From an uncultured Acidimicrobiaceae bacterium (GTDB taxonomy: Bacteria > Actinomycetota > Acidimicrobiia > Acidimicrobiales > RAAP-2): 64,000 nt of DNA. The position numbers were made by a program, and so were the translations under genes. Shown one piece after another: positions 1 through 9,414 of this stretch (positions are counted from its first letter, which is position 1; the number at the start of each line of letters is the position of its first letter). The notes beneath the pieces are model-generated. The model made no database searches. It was not told the origin of the DNA and saw only the letters and a program-made list of their open reading frames with translations. Where the stretch lies: assembly GCA_963839925.1 (NCBI GenBank), contig CAWIWV010000001.1, positions 630,094-694,093 on the forward strand, read 5' to 3'.

Positions 1-879
1 GCGAACACGATCGCCATCGCCTTCCCCTTCTACACCGCAAGCCTCAAGTCGAACAGTGTGTTCGCAGCCAACCAGTGCCCAGGCAGCAGCGATCCTGACC
101 CGGGTCTCAATCCGCAGTCGCCCACGGCTGCGCGACTGGCAGTCCTCGTGAAGAGCGCGCAAGCGCACGGCCTCCATGTCCTGCTCCGACCGGAGCTGAA
201 CGAGGTCGATCTGCGACCAAAGTGGCGAGGGGTGATCGCTCCCACCAACACGACGGCTTGGTTCGCCAGCTATCAGAGCATGATGAAGCCGTACCTGCAG
301 ATGGCACAGACCGAGAAGGTCACCCGGTTCGACATCTCGGTCGAGCTGAGCAGCATGGCCGGCGCAAAGCAGTGGGCCTCGGCGATCACCGCTGACCGGA
401 AGCTGTATACCGGACAACTCGTCTTCGACGGCGATTGGGTCGGTCCGGGGTCCGGAAGCGTCGGCTTGGCACCGCACGCCAACACTGCGTGGGCCGTGGA
501 CACCTATCCGAAGGTCACCAAGTCGACTCCCTCGTCGTCGGTCTCCCAGTTGTTGACCCAGTGGAACTCGCTGCTGGCGGCACAGAAGTTCCCGGTTGCG
601 GACACCAGCGCCACCATCGACGAGGTGGGGATCATCGCTCAGGACGGCGCCTATGCGAATCCTTCGACCTTCTCCGGTGGAACCTTCGACCCGAAGATCC
701 AAGCGAACTGGTTCACCGCTGCTTGCGATTTCATGAAGGCCCACAAGTTCGCTGGCATCTACTTCTGGGGTCCCGAGTTCTCCTACAACTCGGGCAACCT
801 GCCGGCCACGAGCGACTCGACTCAGCCCACGGAACTCCAGCCGCAGGCACAATCGGCCATCAAGGCCTGCTTCAAATGA
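1..879 (+). CDS. Glycoside-hydrolase-like domain protein, 3' fragment (5' end outside the window); copy 1 of a 4-member paralog family
   Basis: Frame 1 is open from nt 1 (ANTIAIAFPFYTASL...) to the stop at 877-879. It is colinear with 3508-4614(-), 6863-7831(+) and 11770-12728(-). Shared blocks: GANS[VI].I.FP, LLRPE[LI][NQ]E, QMAQ...V.RF.I.[VI]EL, [IL]DE[VA]GI, QANWFTAAC, GIYFWG, ELQP...AI[KR]ACF[KQ]. Confidence 0.8.
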   Translation, partial: ANTIAIAFPFYTASLKSNSVFAANQCPGSSDPDPGLNPQSPTAARLAVLVKSAQAHGLHVLLRPELNEVDLRPKWRGVIAPTNTTAWFASYQSMMKPYLQMAQTEKVTRFDISVELSSMAGAKQWASAITADRKLYTGQLVFDGDWVGPGSGSVGLAPHANTAWAVDTYPKVTKSTPSSSVSQLLTQWNSLLAAQKFPVADTSATIDEVGIIAQDGAYANPSTFSGGTFDPKIQANWFTAACDFMKAHKFAGIYFWGPEFSYNSGNLPATSDSTQPTELQPQAQSAIKACFK

Positions 880-977
880 TGGTCGCGTGCGAACGCGACC
901 ATCATTGATCGACTTCTGTCTCTCCGGTTAGCGTGAGGGTCAACTGACCCCTTCCCACTAGCTCCCCCGGTCGGAAC

Positions 978-3530
978 ATGAGAACTGAAGTTGACGGGCG
1001 GGTGTGGTCGGTCCGGCGACGACGCCCCGTGTTGACCGCGAGTGCCATCGTGCTGGCGGTCATCCTCGTGCAGTCGGTTGGGCGAACGTCTGCGGCCTCC
1101 GCTGAACCCGCCCTCTCCCAATCGGACGCCACGGCCTCGTGCCCCTGGGTCAGCTCCACCGCCCCGATCCCGCAACGGGTCGCCGAGGTGATGGACAAGA
1201 TGACCGAGACGCAGGAACTCCAACTGGTCGACGGAACCAAGGGCAACTACGTCTTCAACCTGCCTGCGATCCCGACGCTGTGTATTCCCGCGCTCAACAT
1301 GGAGGACGGACCCCAGGGGGTGGGCGACTATCTCACCGGGGCGACCCAGCTGCCGTCAGCAGTGGCTGCCGCCTCCACCTGGAACACCGGTCTGGAGAAG
1401 CAGTATGGCTCCGTCGTTGGTGCCGAGGACATGGGCAAAGGCGTCAACGTGGACCTCGGCCCGACCGTCAACATCGTGCGCGATCCACGTTGGGGAAGGG
1501 CATTCGAGAGTTACGGCGAGGACCCCTACCTGAGCGGGCAGATGGCCGCCGCCTACATCGGAGGCCTCCAGAGCAAACGGGTCATCGCCCAGGTCAAGCA
1601 CTATGCGGTCTACAACAACGAGACCCACAGGAACACGCTCGCCGATGACGATGTCATCACCGAGCGAACCGAACAGGAGATCTACCTGCCGGCCTTCCAG
1701 GCCGCCGTCAACGCCGGGGCGGGCTCGGTGATGTGCGCGTACAGTCAGCCCAACGGTGTGCCGGCGTGTGAGAACTCCTACCTGCTCGGAGCACTCGACA
1801 GGCAGATGGGATTCGGGGGATTCGTCGGCTCGGACTGGGGTGCGACACCAAACAACCCGGCGGCGGCCATCGAGGCGGGCGAAGACGTCGACATGCCGGG
1901 GAACTCCTATTTCGGCTCCGTGTTGCAGGCCGACATTCCGAGCCAAGTCCCGCAGGCCTTTCTCGACGACGCGGTCGAGCGCATCCTGACCGAACTGTTC
2001 CGGGCAGGACTGATGGGCAGCGCCACGACAGGGTCGCCGGGCGCGAACGTGACCAGCGCGGCCCACGTCGCAACAGCGACCCAGGTCGCCGAAGAGGGAA
2101 CGGTCCTGCTCAAGAACGCAGACAGTCTGTTGCCGTTGCAGTCGTCCAGTGTCGGCTCGATTGCGGTGATCGGTCGCAACGCCGACACCCATTCCGATGA
2201 GTGCGGGACCGGCTCGAGTGGGAACCTCGATTCGGCCTATCCCTACTCCGGTGGCGGGAGCGCGTGCGTCGAGGGCTCGGTCAACGGCTCGGGGAGGGAG
2301 ATCACCCCACTCGCCGGCATCAAGGCGGCTGCACCGAACGCGCATGTCAGCTATCGCAGCGGCTCCCAGCTCTCGGCTGCAGTGGCGGCGGCCAAGGCCG
2401 CCAAGGTGGCGGTCGTTTTCGCGGGTTACCCCGAGAGCGAGTGCTCGCTGACCACCTACGCCGTCTGTTCGGACCTCACCACGATCGACCTGGGGCAGGC
2501 AGAGGACAAGCTTATTGACGCGGTGGCCGCCGCACAACCGAACACGATCGTCGTGCTGAACACAGGATCCGCGGTCACCATGCCCTGGCTCCGCCACGTC
2601 CGTGGCGTGCTCGAACAGTGGTACCCGGGTCAGGTCGACGGAGCTGCCCTGGCGGCACTCCTCTTCGGGAGTGTCGACCCGTCGGGCCACCTGCCGGTGA
2701 CGTTCCCGACCAGTCTGTCCGAAGTTCCCGCCAAGACCCCCCAGCAATTTCCGGGGACGGGGAACGCCGTCGACTACAGCGAGGGCATCGACGTCGGGTA
2801 TCGGTGGTACCAGTCCAAGGGCCTGGCTCCGCTGTTCCCGTTCGGGTTCGGGCTCTCGTACACCAAGTTCGCCTTTTCGAATCTGTCGGTCAGCGCCTTC
2901 AACGCTTCCCGGGTCGCGACGGTCACCGCAACCGTCACCAACGTCGGTTCGGTCTCCGGGTCAGACGTGGCCCAGCTGTATGTGGGTGATCCGGCCAGTA
3001 CCGGGGAACCGCCGTGGCAGCTGAAAGGATTTCGACGGGTGAGCCTGGCACCGGGTGCCTCCACATCGGTCACCTTCACCGTTCCCGTCCACGACCTCAC
3101 CTCGTGGGGAGGTCCTGGGGCCGGCGGTTATCCCCCGGCTGCCGCAGCCACGGATACCGATGGGTGGGAGGCGCCTGCCGGGTCCTACCCCGTCGGTGTC
3201 GGCGACTCCTCGGCCAACCTGCCCCTCCGGGCATCGCTGGCGTTGCCCTCGGCAGTCGGTCCCGACACGGTGAAGGTGCCGACGCAGAGAAGCCAGACAT
3301 CGGTGATCGGAGCCGCGGTCCTGCTCCCGATCAAAGCGGTCGACTCGGCGCCGGGTCAGCAGCTTCGCTATGCCGCCAGCGGGTTGCCGGGCGGGTTGTC
3401 CATCGACCCGTCGACCGGCACCATCACCGGGACGCCGTTCCATGCGGGTGTGAGCACGGTGACGGTCACCGCGATCGATCAGAATGCATTCGAAGGCGGT
3501 GCCTCGTTCAGCTGGACGATCGTTCCTTGA
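978..3530 (+). CDS. Glycoside hydrolase family 3 (beta-glucosidase-like) with C-terminal Ig-like module
   Basis: 850 aa. The N-terminus has RRRRP plus a hydrophobic signal. GH3 blocks present: GVNVDLGPTVNIVRDPRWGRAFESYGEDPYL and the nucleophile context GFVGSDWGA. The C-terminal LPGGLSIDPSTGTITGTP motif is typical of putative-Ig/cadherin-like modules. Confidence 0.9.
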   Translation: MRTEVDGRVWSVRRRRPVLTASAIVLAVILVQSVGRTSAASAEPALSQSDATASCPWVSSTAPIPQRVAEVMDKMTETQELQLVDGTKGNYVFNLPAIPTLCIPALNMEDGPQGVGDYLTGATQLPSAVAAASTWNTGLEKQYGSVVGAEDMGKGVNVDLGPTVNIVRDPRWGRAFESYGEDPYLSGQMAAAYIGGLQSKRVIAQVKHYAVYNNETHRNTLADDDVITERTEQEIYLPAFQAAVNAGAGSVMCAYSQPNGVPACENSYLLGALDRQMGFGGFVGSDWGATPNNPAAAIEAGEDVDMPGNSYFGSVLQADIPSQVPQAFLDDAVERILTELFRAGLMGSATTGSPGANVTSAAHVATATQVAEEGTVLLKNADSLLPLQSSSVGSIAVIGRNADTHSDECGTGSSGNLDSAYPYSGGGSACVEGSVNGSGREITPLAGIKAAAPNAHVSYRSGSQLSAAVAAAKAAKVAVVFAGYPESECSLTTYAVCSDLTTIDLGQAEDKLIDAVAAAQPNTIVVLNTGSAVTMPWLRHVRGVLEQWYPGQVDGAALAALLFGSVDPSGHLPVTFPTSLSEVPAKTPQQFPGTGNAVDYSEGIDVGYRWYQSKGLAPLFPFGFGLSYTKFAFSNLSVSAFNASRVATVTATVTNVGSVSGSDVAQLYVGDPASTGEPPWQLKGFRRVSLAPGASTSVTFTVPVHDLTSWGGPGAGGYPPAAAATDTDGWEAPAGSYPVGVGDSSANLPLRASLALPSAVGPDTVKVPTQRSQTSVIGAAVLLPIKAVDSAPGQQLRYAASGLPGGLSIDPSTGTITGTPFHAGVSTVTVTAIDQNAFEGGASFSWTIVP

Positions 3531-4614
3531 AACACGCCCGGATTGCGGCTTGTGTCTGCGGTTGCAATTCGGTCGGTTGGTTCGGTGAAGGGACGGTCAA
3601 GAGCTTGCCGAAGTTGTACGAGAACTCAGGGCCCCAGAAGTAGATCCCAGCGAACTGATGTTCTTTCATGAACTGGCACGCAGCGGTGAACCAGTTCGCC
3701 TGCACTGTCTGGTTGAAGGTTCCCGGCGCGTACGTCGAAGGATTGACGTACGCGCCATCGACAGAACTGATCCCTGCTTCATCGATGGTGATGTCCGAGT
3801 CCGCAAGTGGGAAGCTTTGGTCGGAGAGCGTTTTGTCCCACGCCGCAACCAGCTGGGTGACCGATCCCGACGGCGTCGACTTGGGGATCTTTGGATAGGT
3901 GTCGACGGCGAAGGTCGTGTGCGGATGCGGGACGACTCCCACGCTTCCCCGGCCAGGTCCCACCCAGTCTGCGTCGAACACCAAGTTGAAGTGGTAGAAG
4001 TTCTTCGCGAACGCGATGGTGGAGGCCCATTCTTTGGAGTTGCCCAGGCTGGCCAGCTCGACGGCGATGTCGAACCGGGCCACCTTGTAGCGCTGTGCCA
4101 TCTGCAGGTAGGGCTTCATCATCTGGTCATAGCTCGCGAACCACGCCGATCTGCTGGTCGGAGTGATGGCTCCCCGCCATTTGGGTCTGAGGACGTCTTC
4201 GTTGAGCTCGGGGCGAAGCAGGACGAAGAGGTGGTGGGTCTGGGCTGCCCGGACCAGCACCGCCAGGCGTGCCGCGGTCGGCGACTGGGGAGTGAGCTCA
4301 GGATCGGGGTCGATGCTGCGGGGGCAGTGATTGGCAGCGAAGATCTGATTGGATGTCAGGCCTGTGGTGTAAAAGGGAAAGGCGATGGCAACCGAGTTGG
4401 CCCCCAGGGATTTGACGCTCGTCATCTGGTTGTTCGCCTCGGCCTGCCAGACTGCCGGCGGCACACAGTTGTCGGTGACGTAGATGTTGATCCCGTACTG
4501 GACCGGACCCGTCTTGGGCGTCGGCGCGATCAGCAGCACGACGACGGTGACCGCAACGGCGATGGCCACGACCGCACCGGCCATCGCGAGGTAGGACCGG
4601 CGGGTGCTGGGCAT
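3508..4614 (-). CDS. Membrane-anchored glycoside-hydrolase-like domain protein (paralog copy 2)
   Basis: ATG at 4614 (MPSTRRSYLAMAGAVVAIAVAVTVVVLLIA, a basic N-terminus plus one TM); an upstream in-frame ATG at 4644 is also possible. The rest aligns with the other three copies (QYGINIYVTDNC ... LLRPELNED ... TIDEAGIS ... GIYFWGPEFSYN ... AIRACFK). Confidence 0.8.
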   Translation of the reverse strand: MPSTRRSYLAMAGAVVAIAVAVTVVVLLIAPTPKTGPVQYGINIYVTDNCVPPAVWQAEANNQMTSVKSLGANSVAIAFPFYTTGLTSNQIFAANHCPRSIDPDPELTPQSPTAARLAVLVRAAQTHHLFVLLRPELNEDVLRPKWRGAITPTSRSAWFASYDQMMKPYLQMAQRYKVARFDIAVELASLGNSKEWASTIAFAKNFYHFNLVFDADWVGPGRGSVGVVPHPHTTFAVDTYPKIPKSTPSGSVTQLVAAWDKTLSDQSFPLADSDITIDEAGISSVDGAYVNPSTYAPGTFNQTVQANWFTAACQFMKEHQFAGIYFWGPEFSYNFGKLLTVPSPNQPTELQPQTQAAIRACFKERSSS

Positions 4615-4776
4615 GCGTAGCCAGGTCACCCGCCATCCCTCCATTCGGAACCGACCTCCGGGTCACCCCGGTCGTCGAACTCTTCGCGCACGTCGGTCCA
4701 GATGACCGTCAAGATACCCGGTGTCGGCCGGATCGCGGCGTAGCCCCCGCGGCATGTTGGCCGTTCTGGCACCGAA

Positions 4777-4804
4777 GGAGGGATGCCGATGTCTCCATCC
4801 CTCC
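4777..4804. repeat. Perfect 9-bp inverted repeat (GGAGGGATG-N10-CATCCCTCC) in the divergent intergenic region
   Basis: Read directly: arms at 4777-4785 and 4796-4804. It lies between the divergently transcribed genes 3508-4614(-) and 4922-7834(+). Confidence 0.5.
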
Positions 4805-4921
4805 CCCGATGTTGTCGCCTCTCTTCTTGCGTCTCGATCCGGCAGTTTCTAAAGGAGAAATAAGGGAAAGACCAGGCAATCCCGCTAGAAGAACGCGACG
4901 GCGCCATGCAATACTTTCTCT

Positions 4922-7834
4922 ATGCAGTTCTCACCGGGGTGGGGAGAGACTTTCTTCGGAAAGAGAACCTGGATCGGCCGTTCATCAAAATTGATGATGG
5001 CCGTGTTGGCATTGGCCGCACTGGTGCTGGTGGGGGCGGCGCCGGCGGGCGCGACCGGCTGCACTCCCGGCCCCGGCGCAGAGTTGGCCGGCTGCAACTT
5101 CACCGGATCCAGCATGTACGGCGTCGATCTCGCAGGCGCGGACCTGACCGGTGCGACGCTGACCGGCGCCAACCTGACCGATGCCAACCTCGACCAGGCC
5201 ACCCTGACCAATGTGACGGGCACGTCGGCAGACCTGCAGGGCGCCGCGATCACCGACGCCGACCTGACCAACGCAAACTTCGGCGGCGGGCTCTTCGACG
5301 GTGCCGATCTCCAGGGATCGACCATCACCGATAGTCAGTTCACCGGGTCCGACTTCACCGGTGTGCAATCCGGAGGAGTGACCGGAAGCGGATACACCCT
5401 TCCCTCCAACTGGTCGTTGGCGGGCGGGTACCTTGCCGGGCCGCGCGCGAATCTCACCAATGCAGATCTGTCGGCGACCGATCTGACGGGTGCAGATCTC
5501 GCCTCCGCCTATCTGACCGGAACCAACCTGACGGGGACCGATCTCAGTGGCGCCAACCTGACTGGAATCATCACCGGCGGAGTCACCGGCACGCCCTCGA
5601 ATCTTCCGGCCAACTGGTCCCTCGTGAACGGGTACCTGATCGGGCCCTCTGCCTTTCTCTACGGCGCCGACCTCACCAACGCCGACCTCAATGGTGTCGA
5701 CGCGGCCGGTGCCAACATCGAAGGCGCAAACCTGACGGGTGCCGACCTCACGGGAGCAAACTTCACCAACGCCGACGGGATCAACTCGACGCTCACCGGG
5801 GCCATCTTGAGCTCCGCCAACCTGACCGGTTCCGACTTGGACGATGTGACGTCCGGCAGCATCACCGGTGTCCCCGCGAGCTTGCCCTCGTCGAGCTGGC
5901 AGCTCGACAGTGGGTACCTCGCCGGTCCCTATGCCAATCTGGCGAACGCCGACCTGGCCGACGCAAACCTCGCCAACAGCAATCTCACCAAGGCCATTCT
6001 GACCGGCGCCAACCTGACCGGCGCCAGTCTCATGTCGTCGAATCTCAGCTTTTCCGTGATGGGAACTGCGAATCTCACGGATGCCTCGTTTACCAGCGCC
6101 ACGGTGACCGGCGCCACGCTGACCGGTGCCACGGTGTCGGGTGCAGTCTTCACGTCCGCGAGCCTCGCCGGCGTGATCACCGGGGGGCTCGTCGGAAGGC
6201 CGGGGCCGCTTCCCCTGGGCTGGCGGGTCGACGACGGCTACCTCATCGGTCCCTACGCCTCTCTCGTCAAGGCCAATCTTCAGGGTGCCAACCTCTCGAA
6301 GACCGTGTTCGTCGGTGCGAACGCCACCGGAGCGAACCTGAAGTCCGCCACCCTGACCGGCTCCAACCTCGCGTCGGCAGTGTTCAGCGGTGCCACGCTC
6401 ACCGGAGTCACCTCCGGGGGCATCACCGGCAAGCCCCAGTCATTGCCGACCGGATGGTCCCTCGAGGGTGGTTATCTCGTCGGGCCGGGCGCAAACCTCG
6501 CCAAGGCCAATCTGCAGAAGGCCAATCTCTCGAAGGCCGATCTCCAAGGTGCGAACGCCACCGGGGCGAACCTGAAGTCCAGCACCCTGACCGGCGCCAA
6601 CCTCGCGTCAGCGCAGTTGAGTGGCGCCGCGCTCGCCGGGGTGGTCTCCGGGGGGATCACCGGAAAGCCGCAATCACTCCCAGCCGGTTGGGAGTTGGTC
6701 AAGGGGGTCCTGCGGCTGATCCCCAAGTCGAAGGCGAAGCCGGCAATCAAGACTGTTTCCAAGACGAAGCCATCCTCGAGAGCCAAAGCCATTCTCTTGT
6801 CCTCGTCCTCCGAGTCCAGTCACGTGTCCGGGGCTGAGACCGCAAAGACGACCACGACGCCGCAGTACGGGATCGACGTCTACGCCCCCGACAACTGCGC
6901 CTCATCGTCTGTGTGGCAGAGCGAGGCCACCAACACGATGGAGGGGTTCAAGTCGCTCGGCGCGAACAGCGTCGGCATCACCTTTCCGATCTACACAGCG
7001 GATTGGAACTCGAATTCGGTCTTCACCGCCGATCTGTGCAACGAGCCCTCCGCGACTCCAGTACCGCTCCAGACTCCCAGCCCGGGCCGAGTCGCCGTTC
7101 TGGTGCACGCCGCCCAGCTGGCGGGTCTCCATGTCCTCCTTCGCCCCGAAATTCAGGAGTCGAATCTCTACCTCACCGGTCACTGGCGGGGCACGCTCGC
7201 ACCGACCGACAAGACCGCGTGGTTCCAGAGCTACCAATCCGTGCTCCAGCCCTATCTGCAGATGGCCCAGGCGAACGGCGTGACTCGATTCAGTATCGCG
7301 ATCGAGCTGGTCAGTCTGGGTTCGTCGAGCACACAGTGGAAGGCGACCATCGCCGGCGCGCAACAGCTCTACAAGGGCCAGCTGGTATTCGCCGCGAGCT
7401 GGGAAGCGGGATACGGGGTGTCCTACGCCAACACGGCGGCAGCAGAGGATGCCTATCCGGACCTGACCCAGGCAGGTTCCTCGTGGTCGGTGAGCCAACT
7501 GCTCGCCGCGTGGAACGCGAACTTGAAGACCGTCCACTTTCCGGTGGCCGCCACCAGCGAGACCATCGACGAGGTGGGGATCCTCGCACTCGACGGTGCC
7601 TATGGGCTTCCCTGTTGTTACTCCGCCCCGAACGAGGTCTTCAACCAGAACATCCAGGCCAACTGGTTCACCGCCGCCTGTAACTTCGTGAAGACCAACA
7701 AGCTGACGGGCATCTACTTTTGGGGTCCCTTCCTCGCGTTCAACTCTGGAAACCTCCTGACCCAGCCGAACTCTTCGAGCCCGGCCGAGCTCCAACCAGC
7801 CGGCCAGGCCGCGATTCGTGCCTGCTTCAAATAG
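4922..7834 (+). CDS. Secreted pentapeptide-repeat array fused to the glycoside-hydrolase-like domain (paralog copy 3)
   Basis: 970-aa ORF; an alternative start at ATG 4994 gives MMAVLALAALVLVGAAPAGA. About 600 aa of A[DN]L..-type pentapeptide repeats (ADLTGATLTGANLTDANLDQATL...), then a K/S/T/P linker, then the GH-like domain from QYGIDVY (6863) to ACFK. Confidence 0.85.
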   Translation: MQFSPGWGETFFGKRTWIGRSSKLMMAVLALAALVLVGAAPAGATGCTPGPGAELAGCNFTGSSMYGVDLAGADLTGATLTGANLTDANLDQATLTNVTGTSADLQGAAITDADLTNANFGGGLFDGADLQGSTITDSQFTGSDFTGVQSGGVTGSGYTLPSNWSLAGGYLAGPRANLTNADLSATDLTGADLASAYLTGTNLTGTDLSGANLTGIITGGVTGTPSNLPANWSLVNGYLIGPSAFLYGADLTNADLNGVDAAGANIEGANLTGADLTGANFTNADGINSTLTGAILSSANLTGSDLDDVTSGSITGVPASLPSSSWQLDSGYLAGPYANLANADLADANLANSNLTKAILTGANLTGASLMSSNLSFSVMGTANLTDASFTSATVTGATLTGATVSGAVFTSASLAGVITGGLVGRPGPLPLGWRVDDGYLIGPYASLVKANLQGANLSKTVFVGANATGANLKSATLTGSNLASAVFSGATLTGVTSGGITGKPQSLPTGWSLEGGYLVGPGANLAKANLQKANLSKADLQGANATGANLKSSTLTGANLASAQLSGAALAGVVSGGITGKPQSLPAGWELVKGVLRLIPKSKAKPAIKTVSKTKPSSRAKAILLSSSSESSHVSGAETAKTTTTPQYGIDVYAPDNCASSSVWQSEATNTMEGFKSLGANSVGITFPIYTADWNSNSVFTADLCNEPSATPVPLQTPSPGRVAVLVHAAQLAGLHVLLRPEIQESNLYLTGHWRGTLAPTDKTAWFQSYQSVLQPYLQMAQANGVTRFSIAIELVSLGSSSTQWKATIAGAQQLYKGQLVFAASWEAGYGVSYANTAAAEDAYPDLTQAGSSWSVSQLLAAWNANLKTVHFPVAATSETIDEVGILALDGAYGLPCCYSAPNEVFNQNIQANWFTAACNFVKTNKLTGIYFWGPFLAFNSGNLLTQPNSSSPAELQPAGQAAIRACFK
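6272..6700 (+). repeat. Internal tandem duplication (period 234 nt = 78 codons) inside the pentapeptide-repeat gene
   Basis: The unit starting at 6272 (gccaatcttcagggtgccaacctctcgaag...) recurs at 6506 (gccaatctgcagaaggccaatctctcgaag...). The two peptide copies are ANLQGANLSK..GANATGANLKSATLTGSNLASA...SGGITGKPQSLPTGWSL and ANLQKANLSK..GANATGANLKSSTLTGANLASA...SGGITGKPQSLPAGWEL. Confidence 0.75.
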
Positions 7835-8954
7835 CGGCCGGCAACAGCTCGACAAGGGAGGGGTTCCCGAGCTCAGCGTGGTGGTCGCCTCCTACAACGG
7901 AGCGCGCCACCTGCCCGACTGCCTGGTCAGCCTCTGCGAACAAGAGGGTTGCCCCGGGCTGGAGATCATCGTCGTCGACGACGGATCGACGGACGACACC
8001 TGGAAGCAGATCGAGAAGTTCGATGTCCAAGGGGTCCGGCTTCCCGAGAACCGGGGTCTGTCGGCGGCCCGCAACGCAGGGCTTGCCCGAGCCACCGGGA
8101 CGGTGGTCGCGTTCGTGGACGACGACGAGGTCGCTCCCCCCGGCTGGGCCGCCGGGATCGTTTCGTTCTGGAAGAGCGCTCCGGCCGGAGTAGCCGTCCT
8201 CTGCGGGTTCGCCTCCCCTCTGGAAGTCGACACCTTCAACCGTCGGTTCGCCAGGTGGCACCGACCCTTCGTGCCGGTCGACCAGCTGCCCGACGGCGCC
8301 GGCCAGATCGTCGGACGTTTCAGCCGGTACCTCCGTTGGCTGTGGCACTCGACTCCTGGTTCCGGTCGACCGGTGGCGAGGACCGCCGGGGGGGTGATGT
8401 CGATACGGACCGCCGACTTGATCGAACTCGGAGGGTTCGCCGAAGACATCCGCTTCGGGGGCGAGGACGACCAGCTGTCCCTGCGCGTGCTGGAACGGTA
8501 CGGACCGAATTCGATCTGGTTCGATCCATCGATCGAGCTCCTCCACGATTTCGAGACGTCGTTCCGCTCCACACTGCGTCGATTCAGGCTCTACGGGTTG
8601 GGACAGGCCCGTTTGCAGGCAACGGAAGGCGGCTTCCCTCCCCTGCAACCGATGCCGGTGCTCTGCTTGACGGCGGCGATCGGGGTCGGTGTGATGCGGC
8701 CGCGTTGGGCGATCGGTGCCGCGCTGGCTGTTCCCTACGCACTGACCTTCCCGCGATTGATCCCCGCGCTGCGACGTGACGGATTGGTCTCGTTGGCTTA
8801 CCCGGTCGCGTTACTCTCGCTGGAGGCTGCGGCAGACGTCGGATTGATGCGTGGCCTGCTCGGGGGTGGCGGCCCGCGCCCGGGCGATCGGTCAGCCGGT
8901 TCGCCGGGTGACCGGACCGGCCTGCAAGGTCTGGACGGCCAATTGGATGGGTGA
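7818..8954 (+). CDS. Family 2 glycosyltransferase with C-terminal membrane segments
   Basis: SVVVASYNGARHLPDCL, IIVVDDGSTDDT and FVDDDE (DxD) motifs, plus a hydrophobic C-terminal third. The start is uncertain: GTG 7818 overlaps the upstream stop, and in-frame GTGs at 7878/7881 are alternatives. Confidence 0.85.
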   Translation: MPASNSGRQQLDKGGVPELSVVVASYNGARHLPDCLVSLCEQEGCPGLEIIVVDDGSTDDTWKQIEKFDVQGVRLPENRGLSAARNAGLARATGTVVAFVDDDEVAPPGWAAGIVSFWKSAPAGVAVLCGFASPLEVDTFNRRFARWHRPFVPVDQLPDGAGQIVGRFSRYLRWLWHSTPGSGRPVARTAGGVMSIRTADLIELGGFAEDIRFGGEDDQLSLRVLERYGPNSIWFDPSIELLHDFETSFRSTLRRFRLYGLGQARLQATEGGFPPLQPMPVLCLTAAIGVGVMRPRWAIGAALAVPYALTFPRLIPALRRDGLVSLAYPVALLSLEAAADVGLMRGLLGGGGPRPGDRSAGSPGDRTGLQGLDGQLDG

Positions 8955-9399
8955 CGAGGACACAGTAGGGGGGAGTGCAAAGCGACGGCCGGCTGTGGGT
9001 CGCAACCGAGCGGTTGCGATCGTCGGGACGTGTCTCGTCATCTTGCTGCTTGCCTACGGGCTGCTGTCCACATCGGTTGTCAACGGAATCGCGAGCGCGG
9101 TGGGTGGGCGACCGAACACCTCGTTCGTCGCGCTCTCCTTCGCCGATCCAAGAGCCGTCTCCGCATACGTCGTCAAGGGGACGCCTGTCGAGGTGGCGGT
9201 GTCCAACCAGTCACCGCGCAGCCGGACATTCGACTGGTCGACGTCGAGCTCCGGCGTGACCCTCCAGCGCGGTTCTCTCGCGGTGCCTGGAGACTCGACG
9301 CGGACTTTCGTCGTGCAAACCGAACAAGTCCAACCGAGCAACTGGTTCTCGGTGAAGCTGGATGGAACCTCCCTCGTCATCACGACCTGGGTCGTCTAG
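8947..9399 (+). CDS. Small membrane-anchored protein of unknown function
   Basis: ATG 8947 overlaps the GT2 stop by 8 nt. A basic N-terminus and one TM (AVAIVGTCLVILLLAYGLL) are followed by a beta-rich ectodomain of about 110 aa. No family recognised. Confidence 0.6.
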   Translation: MGDEDTVGGSAKRRPAVGRNRAVAIVGTCLVILLLAYGLLSTSVVNGIASAVGGRPNTSFVALSFADPRAVSAYVVKGTPVEVAVSNQSPRSRTFDWSTSSSGVTLQRGSLAVPGDSTRTFVVQTEQVQPSNWFSVKLDGTSLVITTWVV

Positions 9400-9414
9400 T
9401 CAGAGGGACGTACT

